A stretch of 64,000 bases of DNA, taken from a bacterium (GTDB lineage: Bacteria > UBA8248). The stretch's first letter is position 1, and the number at the start of each line of letters is the position of its first letter. The position numbers were made by a program, and so were the translations under genes. Below the pieces are notes generated by a model. It ran no database searches, was not told the DNA's origin, and was given only the letters and a program-made list of their open reading frames with translations. Positions 20,307 to 30,248 of the stretch are shown in pieces. The stretch covers positions 672,001 to 736,000 of the forward strand of contig CBDATS010000005.1 of NCBI GenBank assembly GCA_965200245.1. Reading direction: 5' to 3'.

Positions 20307-21392
20307 TCAGACACTATACTGCCGTATGGCCTCTTTGGTGAATTCCACCCCGTGGCCAGGGACATCGGGAACCGCCAGGCAACCGTTCAATACGGGAAAT
20401 TCCCGCGTAAGAGTCTCTGCAGGCAGCATCTCCACGTACTCCACCATGTAGCCGCTCGGCGTTGCGGCGAGGAGGCTCACGGACACCTCCTGGAGAAGAT
20501 GCGCACATAGCGAAAGATTATAGGCCTCCGCCAAGTGGACGGCTTTCCGAAACTCCGTCACGCCGCCGCATCGGCCCACATCGGGCTGCAGATAGACCGC
20601 CGCCCTCCTCTCGCAAATCTCGCGAAAGCCCCAGCGCATGTAGGCGTTTTCCCCAGCGGCGACGGGTACGGGACTTTTCTCGGCCACATCAGCGAGATCG
20701 TCTACCGAATCGGCGAGCACTGGCTCCTCAAACCAGCGCACGTCGTATTCGGCGAGCATAGCGGCTACTTCAAGCGCCTCGCGGGGACTATACTTCTGGT
20801 TCGCGTCCACGAACAAAACGACTGACTCGCCCACCTCATCTCTCAGGGTGCGGATCCGATCCTCATCCCGGTTCGTTCCCAGCTTGAGCTTGTACGAGTC
20901 GATACCCTTCTCCATGAAGCCTACACATTCATCCACAATCTCCGCGTCGGTGAAGGTGAGCCAGCCCCCGCTGCCATAGACGGGAACTTCATCCCTGAAA
21001 CCACCCAGAATACGAGAAAGCGGCATATCCGCCGCCTTTGCGAGCGCGTCCCAGCATGCAGTGTCTACGGCGGAGAGTGCCTGCATGCCCAGCCCGCCGC
21101 GCATTCTGGGTTTGTTCGGTCCCCAAAGACGCACCCAGAGCGCCTCGGGTGCCAAGGCGTCCTGCCCTATCGCTAGCGGAGCCAGCTCTTTCTCGATGTA
21201 GGAGACGAGCGTCGTCGAGGTCTCCCCTCCAAGGCCCATCGCGAAGCCGCAGCCTGTCGGACCGTCTTCTGTGTGTAGAAAGACCAGCAGAAAATCGAGT
21301 TCGGATTTCGTGCTGTTGGCGCTTCCTATCGCACGGGTCAAGGGAACCTTGAGTGATTTCGCCACTATCCCTGATATCTTCAGTTCAGCCAC
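20307..21392 (-). CDS. Mandelate racemase/muconate lactonizing enzyme family protein
   Basis: KLKLG, VDANQ, WFEEP, AGEN, LQPD, PGHGVEF. Confidence 0.9.
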   Translation of the reverse strand: MAELKISGIVAKSLKVPLTRAIGSANSTKSELDFLLVFLHTEDGPTGCGFAMGLGGETSTTLVSYIEKELAPLAIGQDALAPEALWVRLWGPNKPRMRGGLGMQALSAVDTACWDALAKAADMPLSRILGGFRDEVPVYGSGGWLTFTDAEIVDECVGFMEKGIDSYKLKLGTNRDEDRIRTLRDEVGESVVLFVDANQKYSPREALEVAAMLAEYDVRWFEEPVLADSVDDLADVAEKSPVPVAAGENAYMRWGFREICERRAAVYLQPDVGRCGGVTEFRKAVHLAEAYNLSLCAHLLQEVSVSLLAATPSGYMVEYVEMLPAETLTREFPVLNGCLAVPDVPGHGVEFTKEAIRQYSV

Positions 21393-21435
21393 TCTTCAAA
21401 CTCCGCCAAATCTCGCGCTTTGATAAAGTAAAAAC

Positions 21436-21476
21436 AAAGGCTGCGGAGGCTCGACCCGCGTGCCCCCGCAGCCTTT
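21436..21476 (-). terminator. Probable rho-independent terminator
   Basis: AAAGGCTGCGG...CCGCAGCCTTT inverted repeat followed by a T-tract on the minus strand, just after the SBP stop. Confidence 0.6.
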
Positions 21477-21494
21477 CGAACAGAACCGAAAAAC

Positions 21495-22505
21495 CTAGTT
21501 CATCTTCATGCTGGCCAGCGCCTTCTCGAGCGGACCTCTCTCAATGCCCTCGCCACCCGAGAAATCGGGCAGGCGGCGAATCTTGCCGCGGCCCTTCTGC
21601 ACCTTGGCCGTCGCGTTGAGGGCGTTGACGATGCGCGGCGTGATCTTGTACAGCGGACGCACCACGTTGATGGAACGCCTGGCAATGGAGTAATCCACCT
21701 TGCGGCCCTTGGAAATCAGCCATTTGTGATAGACCTTCGCGAATTTGTCGGGATCCCTCTTCCAAAGGTTCGCGGACTTAAGGTAGGCGCGCAGGTACTT
21801 CACGAATCCGTCGGGATTGCTCTTGAGCGTCCTGGGGTTCGCGAGTTCGATGAAGATCATAGCTGGAGGATTGTCGTACTTGCAGTAATCCACGATGGGC
21901 CTGCCCCATTTCTTATCCTCCAGCCGGAAAGAAGTGGGCGCGCCGATGACCATCGCGGAAACCACCTTGGCGCGGAAGGCAGAGAGGCGTTCCGCCGTCG
22001 TGGTATTCATGATCTTGATGTCTTTCGGTTTCATCTTGAACGCGGGCAGGATGCCGTTGTCCAGCACGAAGTGGGTGGATGTGCCCTTTTTCTCGGCGAT
22101 GGTCTTGCCCTTCAAATCGGCCACCGTCTTGATGGGAGAATCGGGATGCACCCATATCGAAATGGATTTACACCAGGAGGAACTCGCGGAGATCATCACG
22201 AGCCCCGCTTTCTTGGCCACGCCGTCCACGTAGGGCCGCGTGGCGCCGTGGCCCACGTCGAGACTGCGAGAGAGCAGCGCCTCGATGACGAGCTTGCCCT
22301 GCGGGAAGACCTTCACACTCCAATTGCCCTTGCCAAACTCTTCATCGAAATAGCCCATCCCCATGGCGACTGCCGTGAAGGAACCGAACGTCTGGCGATG
22401 CATGCCAATACGGAACTTGGCTGCCTCTGCGTCCGTCGCATGGAAGCCAACCGGCACGAGGCTCAATACGAGGACCAGACATAAGAATCCGAACCACTTT
22501 CTCAT
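21495..22505 (-). CDS. SsuA/TauA-like ABC substrate-binding protein
   Basis: Signal peptide (DAEA-A), SPIKTVADLKGKTIA, GTSTH. Confidence 0.85.
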   Translation of the reverse strand: MRKWFGFLCLVLVLSLVPVGFHATDAEAAKFRIGMHRQTFGSFTAVAMGMGYFDEEFGKGNWSVKVFPQGKLVIEALLSRSLDVGHGATRPYVDGVAKKAGLVMISASSSWCKSISIWVHPDSPIKTVADLKGKTIAEKKGTSTHFVLDNGILPAFKMKPKDIKIMNTTTAERLSAFRAKVVSAMVIGAPTSFRLEDKKWGRPIVDYCKYDNPPAMIFIELANPRTLKSNPDGFVKYLRAYLKSANLWKRDPDKFAKVYHKWLISKGRKVDYSIARRSINVVRPLYKITPRIVNALNATAKVQKGRGKIRRLPDFSGGEGIERGPLEKALASMKMN

Positions 22506-22679
22506 CTTGTTTCTCCTCTCGAAAGATGAAAATGGACAGCTTAGCTACGAAAGCGCGCGACTATTTTAAATCGGATAGGTATAGTATGCCACAAACGGGG
22601 TTCCATTGCATCCGGTACAATGCACCCTATCTCTCTTAAGCCCTCAAGAAAACCCGCGCCCCTGAAGGGACCGCCCATC

Positions 22680-23498
22680 TCAAAGCCGCATCAAGTCCTC
22701 GCCTGCGACGATGGGGCCCCCGAAATAGGGGGCTATCGCCTCGCGCACCTTATCATTCGGTGCCAGGGGAGGAACGACGTGTGCGAACACCAGTTTTTCG
22801 ACGCCCGCCTCGGTGGCCGTCCTTCCGACTTCTTCCGCCGTGGCGTGATGGGCCGACACGATTTTTGCCGTGGCTCTGTAACCCCCGAAATTCTCGTTGA
22901 TCAACTCCGGCAGGCAGGGGTGCATGACCAGTAAGTCCGCTCCCTGCGCCAAGGGAACAAGCTTCTCCGTGGGGCTGCCGTCGCTCGCGATGACAATCTT
23001 TCTCCCTTCCGCCTCGAACGCGTAGGAGAGGATGTCGTCCACGTTGCCGTGGTGTGTGCCCTTATCGATGCGGAGGACGAGACCGTCCACTTCCAGGACA
23101 TCGCCGGGTTCGAGGACGAATACCTCGATATCGGTTCCCGCCCTGGGCTTTCCCTCTTCTACTCTCAGATCGATGTCGTATTCATAGTAGCGGAGCATCC
23201 GCTCGACAATTTCCTTGACGGGCGCAGGCCCGTAGACCTTGAGCGGCGTCGATGCGCCCAGTATCCAACGCGAAATAAAGAACTCGCCGAATCCCGTGTA
23301 GTGATCCGAGTGAAAATGCGTGAAAAACAAATGATCCACGTCCCTGACATGAAAGCCTGACTTCATGATCTGGGTTGCCGCGTGGCGTGCGGCGTCTACC
23401 AGATATATCTTTCCGCCCTTTACGACCGCGTTGCAAGGACCGCTTTTCTGCGGGGTCGGCGGCGGCGCGCCCACACCCAGGAGTATCAGTTCCAACAC
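22680..23498 (-). CDS. RNase Z/AtsA-like MBL-fold hydrolase
   Basis: LILLGVG, THFHSDH, ASD, ADLLVMH, HHAT, FAHVVP; GTG start after GAGGGG. Confidence 0.85.
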   Translation of the reverse strand: MLELILLGVGAPPPTPQKSGPCNAVVKGGKIYLVDAARHAATQIMKSGFHVRDVDHLFFTHFHSDHYTGFGEFFISRWILGASTPLKVYGPAPVKEIVERMLRYYEYDIDLRVEEGKPRAGTDIEVFVLEPGDVLEVDGLVLRIDKGTHHGNVDDILSYAFEAEGRKIVIASDGSPTEKLVPLAQGADLLVMHPCLPELINENFGGYRATAKIVSAHHATAEEVGRTATEAGVEKLVFAHVVPPLAPNDKVREAIAPYFGGPIVAGEDLMRL

Positions 23499-23607
23499 AG
23501 TTTTCCCCTCTTTTGCAAAAGTGACCGACCATCTTGCCGGAATGTATGCTTGGGAGTATTCTTGCGCGAACACCCTTGCTCACGTCAACCAGAAGAGAGA
23601 GACCGCC

Positions 23608-24468
23608 ATGAAGCACTTGTCCAAGCACCTGTACGCAGAGACCGACTATGACTGGGCGAACGTGGGCGCCGCCGCCACAGAGAGCGGAGTCGTTCTCCTC
23701 GATTGCCCGGTGCGGCCGAGCGATTCGCGCAAATGGCAGGAAGAGGTCTCGTGTTTGAGCCCGCTGGGGGTACGCTACCTCATCGCCACCGACTATCATG
23801 GCGACCACACTACAGGCTCTTCGTTCATCGAAGGGGACGTGGCGCTCATCGCCCCCCAGTATGTCTATAACGAGATATCGAAGGGCGAAAACGCTTTTTC
23901 CAAAGAAATTTTCGTGAAGACGCTGCATGATCTGGGCTTCGTCGAAGAGGCGGAGGAGATCGAAAACGCCGCCGTCCCGCTGCCCCAGTTTTGCTTCGAG
24001 GACAGTCTCATGTTACACCTTCCGCCGCTCACGTTCGAGATTCATCGCAAGGGAGGTCACTCCCCGGCATGTACTTCTGTTCTCGTTCCCGAGGAGGGCG
24101 TACTCTTCGCAGGAGATGTCGTGATCAACGGCCCCTCTGCCGGTATGCGTGACGCTTTCGTGCAGGAGTGGATTGACGCGCTCGCCTGGGTGGAGGGCCT
24201 CCATATCGGAACCATCGTCCCCGGTCACGGCGAGATATGCGGCAAGGAAGTAGCGACGGAACTCAAGGCTCGCCTGAGCGGGATGATGGAGATCATGGTT
24301 GAGGTTGTCGCCGCGGGCAAGGAGAAGCGAGAAGCCACAGAAGACCCGAAATTCATGAAATATTTCCACGCCGACGAAACACGCGGCGAATACTGGCTCC
24401 AGCAGAGGAAAGACACCTTCAGAGATGGGCTGGAGCGTTTGTATGACGAGGTCATTGCACAGGGCTAG
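23608..24468 (+). CDS. MBL-fold metallo-hydrolase (cyclase-like)
   Basis: TDYHGDH, GGHSP, VLFAGD, IVPGHG. Confidence 0.85.
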   Translation: MKHLSKHLYAETDYDWANVGAAATESGVVLLDCPVRPSDSRKWQEEVSCLSPLGVRYLIATDYHGDHTTGSSFIEGDVALIAPQYVYNEISKGENAFSKEIFVKTLHDLGFVEEAEEIENAAVPLPQFCFEDSLMLHLPPLTFEIHRKGGHSPACTSVLVPEEGVLFAGDVVINGPSAGMRDAFVQEWIDALAWVEGLHIGTIVPGHGEICGKEVATELKARLSGMMEIMVEVVAAGKEKREATEDPKFMKYFHADETRGEYWLQQRKDTFRDGLERLYDEVIAQG

Positions 24469-24504
24469 AGGCCTGCTCCATCACCATCTGACAAGGAGGC
24501 GCAA

Positions 24505-24933
24505 ATGAGGGTAGAAGAGAAAAAAATCGGCCGTATCTTTCGCGTCACGCTCGAGGCCGGGGACAATTTCTATACGAACCTGTGCGATCTCGTAAAAGAG
24601 AAAAACATCCGCGCGGGTTCGGTGTTTCTCATCGGCGCCCTCGCCGAGACAGACATGATATCGGGCTTCAAGAGCATGAACGGCTATGATGTCGATCGCC
24701 TGCACTTCGAGGGTTGGCGCGAACTCGTGGCACTCGGCAATATCACCTGGCCGGATGAGCCTCCCCAGGCGCTCGGCGACGTAACTTGGGACGAACCTCA
24801 GCCCTACGTCCACGTACACATGGCCATCAGCGGTGGGCCGGGCGAGCCCGAAAAAGTCCTGGTGGGCCACCTGAGCGACGGCGTAATCAAAGGCGGCATG
24901 GTCGTCGAAATCTACGAGCACTTGGACGCCTAG
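24505..24933 (+). CDS. PPC domain (DUF296) protein
   Basis: IGAL, ELVALGNI, HVHMAI, VGHL. Confidence 0.85.
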   Translation: MRVEEKKIGRIFRVTLEAGDNFYTNLCDLVKEKNIRAGSVFLIGALAETDMISGFKSMNGYDVDRLHFEGWRELVALGNITWPDEPPQALGDVTWDEPQPYVHVHMAISGGPGEPEKVLVGHLSDGVIKGGMVVEIYEHLDA

Positions 24934-24978
24934 ATCGATTCGTCCCCTGTTCAGGACAGATCTTCGCTGGAAGAAACG

Positions 24979-26130
24979 ATGGCCGACTCCTCACTTGAAA
25001 ATCTCCCTTTCGCGCCCAGCGAAGACCCCTTCGTTGTGGAACACGGCGGTTTCTATCGCCGATGGCTTTCCATGATCCAGGATCTCGAGGAGTTGAAAAA
25101 CACCGTCGCGTCTCTCAAGGGCACGACGGACGATCTGTGGGTTCCCCTCTGGCGCGGGATTGGAGCGCGCCATGAACAAGAGGCGGAAGAGTCCGCTGCC
25201 AGTGGTGATACGACCGGCGCACAGGAAAAATTCCTGCTTGCCAAGACTTATTACAGTATCGCGCGATTTCCCCGCCCGCTCACCCCGCTCAAAGAGAAAG
25301 CGAACCGCGACTGTATACGCGTTTACTTGAGAGCGTGCGAGTATCTCGAACCACCGCTTGAGGTTGTAAATGTAGAATGTGAGGGCAGGCACATCACCTC
25401 CCATTTCCGCGCGCCCAAAGACGCAGACGATGCCAATCCAGCGCCTGCCGTCCTCATCATGTGTGGCGGGGACATGTTCAAGGAAGACCGCGGCTGGGCA
25501 GGCGAGATGGCCTTGGACCACGGCCTCGCCACTCTGGTGATGGATGGCCCCGGTACAGGAGAGAACCCCTTTTCCTACGAACCGGAATCCGTCTCCGCGT
25601 GGAAGGCGGCGGTGGATTATCTCGCCGCCCGCCCCGAGGTTGACGCGGAGCGCATCGGCGCGTTCGGCATCAGCCGGGGCGGGCATTCAGTGATGCTGCT
25701 CGCAGGTTCCTACCCCGAGAAGGTGCGTGCCGCCGTGGCGAGCGCGGGTCATCACTTTGGCTACCGCATGACGGAGGCGGAGATGGCGAACTACGTCGCC
25801 AACAGGAAAAGACGCGCTGCCTACGTTTTCGGTGCACCCGGAGACGGCCCCTCGTTTCCACCCACTACAGTTGAACAGGAAGAAGCGCTTTTCAAGCGCT
25901 GGTCGCTGAGCGAGTTGGGGCTCGTGGAGAAAATCGTCTGCCCCATCTTGATGATCAACGGAAAGCAGGATCACCTCGCCCCCATCGGGAACATCTACTA
26001 CATGCTCGAGCACGGCCCCGTTACCGGCAAGGAGGCGCGCGTCTACCCCGATGACGGACACTGCGCCTTCAAGCACTTCGCCGAGTGGGCACCCGAGTCG
26101 TTTCGGTGGCTCAGGGAGAGGTTGGAATGA
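24979..26130 (+). CDS. Alpha/beta hydrolase, FrsA / 2,6-dihydroxypseudooxynicotine hydrolase-like
   Basis: GGDMFKED, DGPGTGE, GISRGG nucleophile elbow, NGKQD, DGHC. Confidence 0.85.
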   Translation: MADSSLENLPFAPSEDPFVVEHGGFYRRWLSMIQDLEELKNTVASLKGTTDDLWVPLWRGIGARHEQEAEESAASGDTTGAQEKFLLAKTYYSIARFPRPLTPLKEKANRDCIRVYLRACEYLEPPLEVVNVECEGRHITSHFRAPKDADDANPAPAVLIMCGGDMFKEDRGWAGEMALDHGLATLVMDGPGTGENPFSYEPESVSAWKAAVDYLAARPEVDAERIGAFGISRGGHSVMLLAGSYPEKVRAAVASAGHHFGYRMTEAEMANYVANRKRRAAYVFGAPGDGPSFPPTTVEQEEALFKRWSLSELGLVEKIVCPILMINGKQDHLAPIGNIYYMLEHGPVTGKEARVYPDDGHCAFKHFAEWAPESFRWLRERLE

Positions 26131-26422
26131 GGGATCAACGAATATCCAGCGCAACTTGGGCGTGCGCTGCAAATACTCCTTTCCACTGTCCTGGAGCAAT
26201 TCTCCCGCCGTATAAGGTTCGACATCCGGGGCCGTCTGCAATTTCCCTGCAGAGGCCGCATAGATAAACAGCCTATCGTAGACAGAGCGCGACCCGTCCC
26301 CTACTACGAAACCACAAAAATCGAATCGAAACCGCAGCAGAGCGTCCATTTTGCGTTCGCCATGCACCCGTGGCTACCCTGTCTCCCGTGGCCGTCCCAC
26401 TACAACCGCCGCAAAATGTTCA

Positions 26423-26836
26423 TCAACCATCCTTTTCGTTCGGGTCTGCCCTTCCCCCTGCGTGTTTCTCGATGGCGCGTTTCGCTGCCGCGAGAGCGTG
26501 GTTCGTCTTTGGAAAACCGATATAGGGGCAAAGCGAGACGATAGCCTCTATCAACTCCTCGGGCTTGAGTCCCTGGTTCAACAAACCGCGCGAGTGAATC
26601 TCCACCTCACCTGTGAGGTCCTGCGCCGCCGCCGCTGCGACGATGAGCATCTCTCGCGTCCTGTTGTCGAGTAGAGGCTGGCTCCAGCAGGTGCCGAAGC
26701 AATACTCCACGATGGCGCGCGTGTGTGTGGGCGATAGTTCCGTCATCTCGGTGAACGTGCCTGCGAGGCCGTCCTCCCCGTAGATGCCGAGTGATTTCCG
26801 TATGGCAAGACCTCGCTCGTAGCGCTCCTCGTTCAT
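26423..26836 (-). CDS. Carboxymuconolactone decarboxylase (PcaC-like) protein
   Basis: ERYERGLAIR, CFGTCW, LDNRTREML, YIGFP. Confidence 0.85.
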   Translation of the reverse strand: MNEERYERGLAIRKSLGIYGEDGLAGTFTEMTELSPTHTRAIVEYCFGTCWSQPLLDNRTREMLIVAAAAAQDLTGEVEIHSRGLLNQGLKPEELIEAIVSLCPYIGFPKTNHALAAAKRAIEKHAGGRADPNEKDG

Positions 26837-26937
26837 TTGCGTCTCCTGAATATAATAAGATAGCGGGTAGATGGACTACAGGAGCGGACACACAGGCCCG
26901 CCCCTACCAAAAAAAACTCTCCTGCGCCGGTGATGGA

Positions 26938-27342
26938 TCACTCCCCATCTCCGGGTATCGCGCTTGGCCGCGTGAGGATTAAGCAAATCACTCCCGCGCA
27001 TATCGCGGCGAGCAGAATCTTGACGTATGCCGGCACGCTCACTAGATATATCGAAGGACCCGACAAGACGACGATGAGCGAAACGGAAGTCCATTTCGCC
27101 TTTGGACGGATGATGCCGTGACGCTGCCAGTTCATGATCAGCGGGCCATAGAGTTTGTGGCCCAGCAGCCAAGCGTGGAGCCTCTCCGAACTCTTCGAGA
27201 AGGCGAACGCCGCCAAGAGGATAAAGGGCGTCGTCGGCAGGACGGGCAGCAAAAGGCCGATGAAACCCAGCGCTAGACAGATACAACCGAGCGTCAGGAA
27301 GAAGGGTCTCGATATTTTTTCCCACATGCGCACAACTCCCAC
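26938..27342 (-). CDS. ybaN: YbaN/DUF454 inner membrane protein
   Basis: LGFIGLLLPVLPTTPFILLAAFAFSKSSERLHAWL. Confidence 0.88.
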   Translation of the reverse strand: MGVVRMWEKISRPFFLTLGCICLALGFIGLLLPVLPTTPFILLAAFAFSKSSERLHAWLLGHKLYGPLIMNWQRHGIIRPKAKWTSVSLIVVLSGPSIYLVSVPAYVKILLAAICAGVICLILTRPSAIPGDGE

Positions 27343-27466
27343 CGATAGGCGTTTCAGGGATTCTCGCCCGAAGTGGCCTTTTCCACAACGCTCGGCATTC
27401 GGTTTTAGCGAGCCGGTGTACTAGAATGCGTGGATTGCCTTTCCATACCTCTTCTATGGAGCCGCC

Positions 27467-29173
27467 ATGTCCGCTTCGGAAAAAGTGAACGCCGATTCTT
27501 TGTGGAGACATCTGGAAAGCATCTGCCAATGGGAACGCTACACAGGCACAGAAGGCGAGAACGAAGCCGTACGATATATCGTAGCCGAACTCACCGACTT
27601 AGGGATAGACGTTGAGGTGCATGCGTTCGAATCGCTCATCAGCATACCAGGTGAGACGACTCTCCACATATCCGGAGAACACTCGGTGACGATTCCCGCC
27701 ATCACCGCCGTCTTCGGCGCCTCCACGGGAGAGAACGGCGTTAGCGGGCAGGCTGTTTACGTGGGCGAGGCAGATGCGCCCGATGCGCCGTTCACCGATC
27801 CTTTCTATATGGGCGCATCGGGAGAGACGCCTGTGGCGGGGCGAATCGTCGTGGCCGAAGGGATGCTCAGCCCCGCGCGCTTTCATCACTTCGAACGACG
27901 CGGCGCGCTCGCGCAGGTTTATGTCAACAAAGGCTACGCGCACGAGCTTACCGTTTCGACCATCTGGGGCGCGCCGACGCCCGAGAACATCGCGCGCCTG
28001 CCGAAGACGCCCGTCGTCACCCTTTCACGCGAACAGGGCGCTGCGCTTCTCGAGCGCTTACGGGGCAAGGAAGAGGTGAGCCTTTGTGTCCATGCCAGGA
28101 CGGACACCACCTGGCGTGAGACGCTGATGCCCGTGGCAAGTATCCCGCCTTCAGACGGCAGTGAGGAGTATGTGCTCGTCGGCGGGCACATCGATTCCTG
28201 GCACATAGGTGCAAACGACAACGCGGCGGGCGACGCTACTCTCATTGAGCTTGCGCGTATCGCGCATGAAACGCGGGGCGAACTGAAGCGCGGTCTCAAG
28301 GTCGCTTGGTGGAACGGCCACTCGCACGGGCGATTCTCGGGCTCCACCTGGTATGCGGATCACATGTTTCACGAACTGTACCGAAACTGCGCCGCCTACC
28401 TGAACATCGATCAGCCCGGCTGCAGGGGCGCGACACTCTACCGTCCCTTCTGCACGGCAGATATCCGCGACTGGGTGCGGGATGTCATCTCGTGCATCGG
28501 CGGACAGACGACCGAGCCGGACCACCCCCGCAAGATGGCGGATCAGTCTTTCTGGGGCGTGGGGATTCCCTCGTTCTCTTTCCTGCCTGTGCTCCCGCCC
28601 GGCCACCCCGATCTCCACAAGGATCACCCAAGCAGCGGCTTTCCCGAATACTGGCACCACCCTGCCGACACACTCGACAAGATGGATGGGAACTTGCTCG
28701 CCGAGCATTGCCGATTATATGCGGCAGCACTCCACGAGCTTTGCAGCATGGAGCGCGTGCCCCTGAACCCCGCCACCACCGCCACCGTCGTGAACGAGGA
28801 GATCGATCGGCTTGATGCGCTCTCGGACGGCGCGGTGTATCTGGGTGATTTGCGAGATGCAGGCGCGCGTTTCGCACGCTCGTGTGAGGCTTTGGGCGCG
28901 AAACTTGATGACGTCGATGTCGCCCGTGCCAACCGCGCACTTCTCAAGATAAGTCACGCGGTCAATCCCGTTCTCTACACCCTCGCAGGCCCGTTCGATC
29001 ACGACCCGGCAAGTGGTGCATTCCGGCTTCCCGGCCTTCAGTGCATCGGAAATTTCGTGGAGCGTGGTCCTTCAAGCGACGCCGGGCGAGTCATCTACAC
29101 GCGCATCCTGCGTGAGAAAAACCGCATCATCGCAGGCCTCGACACCGCAAGCGCCGTGGCGGATGAAGTGTAG
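27467..29173 (+). CDS. M28 family metallopeptidase with PA-like insert
   Basis: GGHIDSW, GANDNAAG, GHSHGR, NIDQ, YWHHPADT. Confidence 0.85.
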   Translation: MSASEKVNADSLWRHLESICQWERYTGTEGENEAVRYIVAELTDLGIDVEVHAFESLISIPGETTLHISGEHSVTIPAITAVFGASTGENGVSGQAVYVGEADAPDAPFTDPFYMGASGETPVAGRIVVAEGMLSPARFHHFERRGALAQVYVNKGYAHELTVSTIWGAPTPENIARLPKTPVVTLSREQGAALLERLRGKEEVSLCVHARTDTTWRETLMPVASIPPSDGSEEYVLVGGHIDSWHIGANDNAAGDATLIELARIAHETRGELKRGLKVAWWNGHSHGRFSGSTWYADHMFHELYRNCAAYLNIDQPGCRGATLYRPFCTADIRDWVRDVISCIGGQTTEPDHPRKMADQSFWGVGIPSFSFLPVLPPGHPDLHKDHPSSGFPEYWHHPADTLDKMDGNLLAEHCRLYAAALHELCSMERVPLNPATTATVVNEEIDRLDALSDGAVYLGDLRDAGARFARSCEALGAKLDDVDVARANRALLKISHAVNPVLYTLAGPFDHDPASGAFRLPGLQCIGNFVERGPSSDAGRVIYTRILREKNRIIAGLDTASAVADEV

Positions 29174-29798
29174 GCGAGATTTAGCGTCGTCACTTGAGGC
29201 TCTCGGGGTCGTCAGACCCGGTGGGGAGGAACCCGGGCCTCGCCGAGAGAACCGTGCTCGTGAGTTGGGGATGCAATACCTAGAAATGGCAGAGTGGGAC
29301 ACATCCAGTCGGCCCGGAGCAGCAAGTCAGAAAGAAGAATCCAGAATGATAACCTCTCCGCTTTTGGCTACGTTCACACGGCTTGAATTGAAAACGAAAA
29401 TCGCCGCACTGACAGGTGGTGAGGATAACAAATTGATTAATGGATTCCCAGAGGTGTCGCCACACGCCTGGAAGTGTTGGAAGGAGCAGACCATCGTTTC
29501 GCTCTACGGTCAGATGTCGTTACTAAGGCGGTTTGGGAAGTCTCCCATTGACTTAGGGGTTGCGCTCCCTGAAACAAATAACCAATGCCGAATCCCAAGT
29601 GGGCGGAATCAGACAAACCACGGGGATTTTGATCTTACACAATATCCGCAAAAGGCCCCGGGTCCGCCTTGATCCCCAGGTATTTCGGCGGATTCCAACA
29701 TCCGGCAGTTTTGATCGAAAAAAGATTGGGGAGGGAGAAAATCACCATCCGCTCGTTGCGCCCTTGGCTAGGAGAGAGCCACGAGGCGTGATTCCCGG

Positions 29799-30248
29799 CT
29801 AATCGGCCGTTCGCAGGAGAGTATAGCGTATTGTCAGCACGAGTGTCTTATCGAGATAGGGGAGGGGCGCCGCTTTTCGCACCGCCTCCAGCGAAGCGTC
29901 GTCCAGATGGACGTTACCCGAGGTCTTCTTGATTCGCAAACCCTGCGGCTGCCCGTCGGGTCTCAACCGAAAGCTCACGGTTGCCGTGCCCTCGGCACCC
30001 GATTCGCGCGCGATTGCGGGGTAATGCTGATGACGCTTGATACGTCCGAGAATGGCCTTAAGGCGAACGTCCGCATCCACCCTCACACGCCTTTTTCTGA
30101 AGGTGAAAGAAGGGGCTTCATTCGGCGCGGGACGCTCCGCCTCGACGGCAGGAGCATCCACGGACGTCTTTATCTCCTGGGCAGGTAGCGGCACAGACAA
30201 AGAGAGAAGGAGGAAAGCGAGCGCGATGAGGATCTTGGCGGTTCTCAT
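29799..30248 (-). CDS. tonB: Short TonB (TonB C-terminal domain) protein
   Basis: N-terminal hydrophobic segment, YPAIARESGAEGTATVSF, SGNVHLDDASLEAV. Confidence 0.8.
   Translation of the reverse strand: MRTAKILIALAFLLLSLSVPLPAQEIKTSVDAPAVEAERPAPNEAPSFTFRKRRVRVDADVRLKAILGRIKRHQHYPAIARESGAEGTATVSFRLRPDGQPQGLRIKKTSGNVHLDDASLEAVRKAAPLPYLDKTLVLTIRYTLLRTAD

Noticed and set aside
26131-26420. Minus-strand fragment SVYDRLFIYAAS as possible PIN toxin remnant
   Set aside because: Only a few residues match; unsupported
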